DNA of 64,000 nucleotides from Escherichia coli (GTDB lineage Bacteria; Pseudomonadota; Gammaproteobacteria; Enterobacterales; Enterobacteriaceae): NCBI RefSeq assembly GCF_013315695.1, contig NZ_CP054353.1; one strand, 5' to 3'. Shown piece by piece: positions 58,775 to 64,000 of this stretch (position 1 is its first letter; each line of letters starts with the position of its first letter). The notes under the pieces were generated by a model. It saw only the letters and a program-made list of their open reading frames with translations, ran no database searches and was not told where the DNA came from. The position numbers and the translations under genes were made by a program.

Positions 58775-59101
58775 ATGAAAAAACTGATTCTCATCGCCAT
58801 AATGGCATCGGGGCTGGTAGCTTGTGCGCAATCAACCGCGCCACAGGAAGACAGTCGTCTGAAAGAGGCATACAGCGCCTGTATCAACACCGCACAAGGT
58901 TCGCCAGAAAAAATTGAAGCCTGCCAGAGCGTGTTAAACGTGCTGAAGAAAGAGAAACAACATCAGCAGTTTGCCGACCAGGAAAGTGTCCGCGTACTGG
59001 ATTATCAGCAGTGTCTGCGCGCAACGCAAACCGGAAATGATCAGGCGGTGAAAGCCGATTGTGATAAGGTCTGGCAGGAAATTCGCAGTAATAACAAATA
59101 A
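58775..59101 (+). CDS. chiQ: Lipoprotein ChiQ
   Basis: 108-aa ORF with lipobox LVAC; immediately downstream of chiP. Confidence 0.85.
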   Translation: MKKLILIAIMASGLVACAQSTAPQEDSRLKEAYSACINTAQGSPEKIEACQSVLNVLKKEKQHQQFADQESVRVLDYQQCLRATQTGNDQAVKADCDKVWQEIRSNNK

Positions 59102-59140
59102 GTGAGAGCTGTAACTCTCGCTTTTCTTATTTCCCGTGTA

Positions 59141-59171
59141 TAAAAAAGCCAACCCGCAGGTTGGCTTTTCT
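59141..59171. terminator. Bidirectional terminator (chiQ / fur)
   Basis: aaaaaagccaacc-cgca-ggttggcttttc. Confidence 0.8.
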
Positions 59172-59184
59172 CGTTCCGGCTGGC

Positions 59185-59631
59185 TTATTTGCCTTCGTGC
59201 GCGTGCTCATCTTCGCGGCAATCGCCTTCGGCACAGTGACCGTAAAGATAGAGACTGTGGTTAGTCAGGCGAATGCCATGTTTTGCGGCAATTTCACGCT
59301 GACGCGCTTCGATGGAATCATCACTAAATTCGATTACCTTGCCGCAGTCGAGGCAGATCAGGTGATCGTGGTGATGTTGCTGTGTCAGTTCAAATACGGA
59401 TTTACCGCCTTCAAAATTGTGGCGGGTGACGATACCAGCGTCGTCAAACTGGTTCAGTACGCGATATACCGTAGCCAGACCAATTTCTTCACCCATATCG
59501 ATCAGACGTTTGTATAAATCTTCCGCACTGACGTGATGGTTGTCCGGCTCCTGAAGAACTTCCAGGATTTTTAAACGAGGAAGCGTTACTTTCAGGCCAG
59601 CTTTCTTTAGGGCGGTATTGTTATCAGTCAT
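59185..59631 (-). CDS. fur: Ferric uptake regulator
   Basis: 148-aa ORF MTDNNTALKKAGLKVTLPRLKILEVLQ with HHHDH and CxxC metal sites. Confidence 0.97.
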   Translation of the reverse strand: MTDNNTALKKAGLKVTLPRLKILEVLQEPDNHHVSAEDLYKRLIDMGEEIGLATVYRVLNQFDDAGIVTRHNFEGGKSVFELTQQHHHDHLICLDCGKVIEFSDDSIEARQREIAAKHGIRLTNHSLYLYGHCAEGDCREDEHAHEGK

Positions 59632-59710
59632 GCGGAATCTGTCCTGTTACTAAGCGGTTCACTTCATTAGAAGAAGTGACAGAATTTGCTCTTGAGATAA
59701 TGCGTATCAT
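59624..59710 (-). CDS. uof: uof, the 28-codon fur leader ORF
   Basis: MIRIISRANSVTSSNEVNRLVTGQIPHD; its stop overlaps the fur start codon region (translational coupling). Confidence 0.6.
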   Translation of the reverse strand: MIRIISRANSVTSSNEVNRLVTGQIPHD

Positions 59711-59714
59711 TATA
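59696..59714. promoter_or_regulatory. Fur box in the fur/uof promoter (autoregulation)
   Basis: GATAATGCGTATCATTAT resembles the Fur consensus GATAATGATAATCATTATC. Confidence 0.55.
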
Positions 59715-59919
59715 GAATTGCCACGCCTAAATGAAAACCACAAGTCCCTGGCAAATATTGTTAATAAAAACGTGGCACAGCTTACATTTACAACGGCAAG
59801 GCCACTTGAACACCGGGACATTGTACAGGTACAACAGCAAAAGTTACAAATTTGTAGCAATTATTTTGATTGGCATTATCTATTAATACGGCGTAGACAT
59901 GAGTCTACGCCGCATCACA

Positions 59920-60450
59920 TCAGGCATTGAGAATTTCGTCGAGATGCAGCTCTTCAGAAATTTGTTTAACCCATTTTTCTACACGTTCAGCGGTCAGTTC
60001 CGGCTGACGATCTTCGTCGATAGCCAGACCGACAAAGTGGTCGTCATCTGCCAGACCTTTTGACGCTTCGAAATGGTAGCCCGCAGTTGGCCAGTGACCA
60101 ACGATGGTTGCACCGCGCGGTTCAATGATGTCGCGGATGGTGCCCAATGCGTCGCAGAAATATTCGGCGTAATCTTCCTGGTCACCACAACCAAACAGCG
60201 CAACCAGTTTGCCATTGAAATCAATCTCTTCGAGAGTCGGGAAGAAGTCATCCCAGTCACACTGCGCTTCGCCGTAATACCAGGTTGGGATGCCCAGCAG
60301 CAGAATGTCATAAGCTTCCAGATCTTCTTTGCTGCTTTTTGCAATGTCATGGACATCGGCAACGTCTTTACCAAGCTGTTTTTGAATCATTTTTGCGATA
60401 TTTTCGGTATTACCGGTGTCGCTGCCGAAAAAGATGCCAGTGATAGCCAT
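59920..60450 (-). CDS. fldA: Flavodoxin 1
   Basis: ORF 59920..60567; ATG at 60448..60450 gives [20 protein letters not shown], 176 aa. Confidence 0.93.
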
Positions 60451-60589
60451 GAGTGAAATAACCTCTTGAAACTTATTGAAATGGGGGTGGAAAATTGCCC
60501 ACGGATAAAGGCAATCATAGCAGAACAGGCAGTCTTGCGGAATCAGCAAACGAGCAGGACTGCACACTGTGCTACATGAAAGTGGAAAT

Positions 60590-60883
60590 TTAAACGATGC
60601 CCTGACTACGCAGCGCCGCCAGTTGCTGCATTAACATCTCTTCGATCAGTTCGCTACGGCTCATATTGCGCGACTCCGCCAGCTCGTTCAGCGCCTCGAC
60701 AGCTTCCGCGTTCAGCTTCAGTTCGACACGCTTAAGGCCACGTACTTTGTCGCGTTTTAGCTGGTTGCGTTTATTAATACGCAGCTGTTCATCGCGCGAA
60801 AGCGGATTAGTTTTCGGTCGTCCCGGTCGACGCTCGTGCGCGAACAGATCTAATGTCGTACGGTCCGTTTGTTCTTTGGCCAT
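60590..60883 (-). CDS. ybfE: Uncharacterised protein YbfE (CopG/RHH-like)
   Basis: ORF 60590..60952; ATG at 60881..60883 gives [23 protein letters not shown], 97 aa. Confidence 0.75.
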   Translation of the reverse strand: MAKEQTDRTTLDLFAHERRPGRPKTNPLSRDEQLRINKRNQLKRDKVRGLKRVELKLNAEAVEALNELAESRNMSRSELIEEMLMQQLAALRSQGIV

Positions 60884-61022
60884 GATCTTGGTGACTTCGG
60901 GGGAAACAATCAGCCAGGCCTCTGCCCGGATGGATAGCGCGCCATAATACATCAGCGTGAGGAGTCACGCCAACGTCCACGCGCGGAAAGCGACGCGGAC
61001 GCTGGGTTTTTAATCAGTTGCG

Positions 61023-61787
61023 TTAATCATTGAGATAGCGACGGATAGCGCGTAATACCGCATCCGGTTTTTCAGCATGGACCCAGTGACCCGCGCCTGC
61101 AATCACATGCGCCCGAGCCTGTGGAAATTGTGCCAGTAAATCATCACGGTACTGCTCGCTAACATACGGAGAATTGCCGCCAGGGATAAACAGGGTAGGA
61201 TGATCCCATGCCGGGATTTTCTCCCAACCCACAATATGCGGATACTGATCCCACAATACTGGCACGTTAAAGCGCCACTCCCCGTCAACAAAAGATTTCA
61301 ACAGAAACTGAATCACCCCTTCTTCATTAAGATGCTGGCGCATTATTGCCGCTGCTTGCTGGCGTGTTTGTGCGTCTGATTCACTGACTGCGTTGATGGC
61401 CGCGAAAATCTCATCATGACGGCGTACGTGATAGTCGACCGGCGCAATATCAATCGCCACCAGCTTGTCAATGCGATCGGGGGCTAGTGCAGTAAGAGCC
61501 ATTACCGCTTTACCGCCCATGGAGTGACCGATAAATGTTGCTTTGTCGATCTGCTGTGCATCCAGGGTATCAACAAGATCCTGCGCCATCGCCGGGTAAT
61601 TCATTACCGGATCTCTCGGTGAAAGACCGTGGTTACGCATATCAACCTGGATGATATTGTGATCGTTTACCAGATCGCGAGCCAGTACGCCAAGGTTGTC
61701 GAGGCTGCCAAACAGACCATGGACAAGAACGATGGGTGAATTATTGTGCTGGTTTTGTGCAGTTTGCGCGCGGATATTCAATTTCAT
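61023..61787 (-). CDS. ybfF: Alpha/beta-hydrolase esterase YbfF
   Basis: 254-aa ORF with GHSMGG nucleophile elbow. Confidence 0.9.
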   Translation of the reverse strand: MKLNIRAQTAQNQHNNSPIVLVHGLFGSLDNLGVLARDLVNDHNIIQVDMRNHGLSPRDPVMNYPAMAQDLVDTLDAQQIDKATFIGHSMGGKAVMALTALAPDRIDKLVAIDIAPVDYHVRRHDEIFAAINAVSESDAQTRQQAAAIMRQHLNEEGVIQFLLKSFVDGEWRFNVPVLWDQYPHIVGWEKIPAWDHPTLFIPGGNSPYVSEQYRDDLLAQFPQARAHVIAGAGHWVHAEKPDAVLRAIRRYLND

Positions 61788-61971
61788 GGCAAAGTTCTTT
61801 TTTTCGCGTTGTCGGGTTAGGGTATTATGTTGACCATTGTGCCACAGGGCTGCAACAAATAAGGTTTATTCCGAGTTTTTCTGCAAGCCAGGCTTGACGC
61901 TATCCGCTGCCGGGATTTATTCATATACTCCTGGCGACTTGTATTCAGCTAAGACACTGCACTGGATTAAG

Positions 61972-62517
61972 ATGAAAACGATTGAAGTTGATGATGAACT
62001 CTACAGCTATATTGCCAGCCACACTAAGCATATCGGCGAGAGCGCATCCGACATTTTACGGCGTATGTTGAAATTTTCCGCCGCATCACAGCCTGCTGCT
62101 CCGGTGACGAAAGAGGTTCGCGTTGCGTCACCTGCTATCGTCGAAGCGAAGCCGGTCAAAACGATTAAAGACAAGGTTCGCGCAATGCGTGAACTTCTGC
62201 TTTCGGATGAATACGCAGAGCAAAAGCGAGCGGTCAATCGCTTTATGCTGCTGTTGTCTACACTATATTCTCTTGACGCCCAGGCGTTTGCCGAGGCCAC
62301 GGAATCGTTGCACGGTCGTACACGCGTGTACTTTGCGGCAGATGAACAAACGCTGCTGAAAAATGGTAATCAGACCAAGCCGAAACATGTACCAGGCACG
62401 CCGTATTGGGTGATCACCAACACCAACACCGGCCGTAAATGCAGCATGATCGAACACATCATGCAGTCGATGCAATTCCCGGCGGAATTGATTGAGAAGG
62501 TTTGCGGAACTATCTAA
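61972..62517 (+). CDS. seqA: Replication-initiation negative modulator SeqA
   Basis: ORF 61837..62517; ATG at 61972 gives [33 protein letters not shown], 181 aa. Confidence 0.93.
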
Positions 62518-62542
62518 AACGTTGCAGACAAAGGACAAAGCA

Positions 62543-64000
62543 ATGGCAATCCACAATCGTGCAGGCCAACCTGCACAACAGAGTGATTTGATTAACGTCG
62601 CCCAACTGACGGCGCAATATTATGTACTGAAACCAGAAGCAGGGAATGCGGAGCACGCGGTGAAATTCGGTACTTCCGGTCACCGTGGCAGTGCAGCGCG
62701 CCACAGCTTTAACGAGCCGCACATTCTGGCGATCGCTCAGGCAATTGCTGAAGAACGTGCGAAAAACGGCATCACTGGCCCTTGCTATGTGGGTAAAGAT
62801 ACTCACGCCCTGTCCGAGCCTGCGTTCATTTCCGTTCTGGAAGTGCTGGCAGCGAACGGCGTTGATGTTATTGTGCAGGAAAACAATGGCTTCACTCCAA
62901 CGCCTGCCGTTTCCAATGCCATCCTGGTTCACAATAAAAAAGGTGGCCCGCTGGCAGACGGTATCGTGATTACACCGTCCCATAACCCGCCGGAAGATGG
63001 TGGTATCAAGTACAACCCGCCAAATGGCGGCCCGGCTGATACCAACGTCACTAAAGTGGTGGAAGACAGGGCCAACGCACTGATGGCCGATGGCCTGAAA
63101 GGTGTGAAGCGTATCTCCCTCGACGAAGCGATGGCATCCGGTCATGTGAAAGAGCAGGATCTGGTGCAGCCGTTTGTGGAAGGTCTGGCCGATATCGTTG
63201 ATATGGCGGCGATTCAGAAAGCGGGCCTGACGCTGGGCGTTGATCCGCTGGGCGGTTCCGGTATCGAATACTGGAAGCGCATTGGCGAGTATTACAACCT
63301 CAACCTGACCATCGTTAACGATCAGGTCGATCAAACCTTCCGCTTTATGCACCTCGATAAAGACGGTGCGATCCGTATGGACTGCTCCTCCGAGTGTGCG
63401 ATGGCGGGCCTGCTGGCACTGCGTGATAAGTTCGATCTGGCGTTTGCTAACGACCCGGATTATGACCGTCACGGTATCGTCACTCCGGCAGGTTTGATGA
63501 ATCCGAACCACTACCTGGCGGTGGCGATCAATTACCTGTTCCAGCATCGTCCGCAGTGGGGCAAAGATGTTGCCGTTGGTAAAACGCTGGTTTCTTCTGC
63601 GATGATCGACCGTGTGGTCAATGATTTGGGCCGCAGGCTGGTGGAAGTGCCGGTAGGCTTCAAATGGTTTGTTGATGGCCTGTTCGACGGCAGCTTCGGC
63701 TTTGGCGGCGAAGAGAGCGCAGGGGCTTCCTTCCTGCGTTTCGACGGCACGCCGTGGTCCACCGACAAAGACGGCATCATTATGTGTCTGCTGGCGGCGG
63801 AAATCACCGCTGTCACCGGTAAGAACCCGCAGGAACACTACAACGAACTGGCAAAACGCTTTGGTGCGCCGAGCTACAACCGTTTGCAGGCAGCTGCGAC
63901 TTCCGCACAAAAAGCGGCGCTGTCTAAGCTGTCTCCGGAAATGGTGAGCGCCAGCACCCTGGCAGGTGACCCGATCACCGCGCGCCTGACTGCTGCTCCG
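62543..64000 (+). CDS. pgm: Phosphoglucomutase, 5' part (runs off window end)
   Basis: ATG at 62543 gives [51 protein letters not shown] (phosphoserine loop TSGHRG); open frame continues to 64000. Confidence 0.9.
   Translation, partial: MAIHNRAGQPAQQSDLINVAQLTAQYYVLKPEAGNAEHAVKFGTSGHRGSAARHSFNEPHILAIAQAIAEERAKNGITGPCYVGKDTHALSEPAFISVLEVLAANGVDVIVQENNGFTPTPAVSNAILVHNKKGGPLADGIVITPSHNPPEDGGIKYNPPNGGPADTNVTKVVEDRANALMADGLKGVKRISLDEAMASGHVKEQDLVQPFVEGLADIVDMAAIQKAGLTLGVDPLGGSGIEYWKRIGEYYNLNLTIVNDQVDQTFRFMHLDKDGAIRMDCSSECAMAGLLALRDKFDLAFANDPDYDRHGIVTPAGLMNPNHYLAVAINYLFQHRPQWGKDVAVGKTLVSSAMIDRVVNDLGRRLVEVPVGFKWFVDGLFDGSFGFGGEESAGASFLRFDGTPWSTDKDGIIMCLLAAEITAVTGKNPQEHYNELAKRFGAPSYNRLQAAATSAQKAALSKLSPEMVSASTLAGDPITARLTAAP

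Overview
The window reads as an Escherichia coli-type chromosomal segment that is collinear with the K-12 map from rna/citT through seqA/pgm (citrate lyase cluster, dpiBA, dcuC, pagP, cspE, crcB, tatE, lipA, lipB, dacA, rlpA, mrdAB, leuS, gltIJKL, lnt, miaB, ubiF, a 7-tRNA operon, asnB, nagDCABE, glnS, chiPQ, fur, fldA, seqA, pgm). Gene identities come from reading the translated ORFs against remembered E. coli proteins; no database search was run. Most of the window is conserved core genome. The most interesting feature is a 625-aa gene at 36082..37959 that fuses a catalytically complete rhomboid protease core to a predicted periplasmic 7-bladed beta-propeller; from memory, K-12 carries an IS5 copy at this locus instead. 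Other strain-specific points: an intact IS1 with a 9-bp target-site duplication upstream of ybeF (16579..17346); a 145-aa signal-peptide ORF between the tRNA operon and asnB (46288..46725); a +1 frameshift that splits pagP; an intact ybeM; no ybeQ-to-hscC island between ybeL and rihA; and a GC-rich heptamer-repeat hairpin downstream of ubiF. All K-12 comparisons are from memory and need alignment to confirm. Long ORFs antisense to conserved genes are treated as shadow ORFs.
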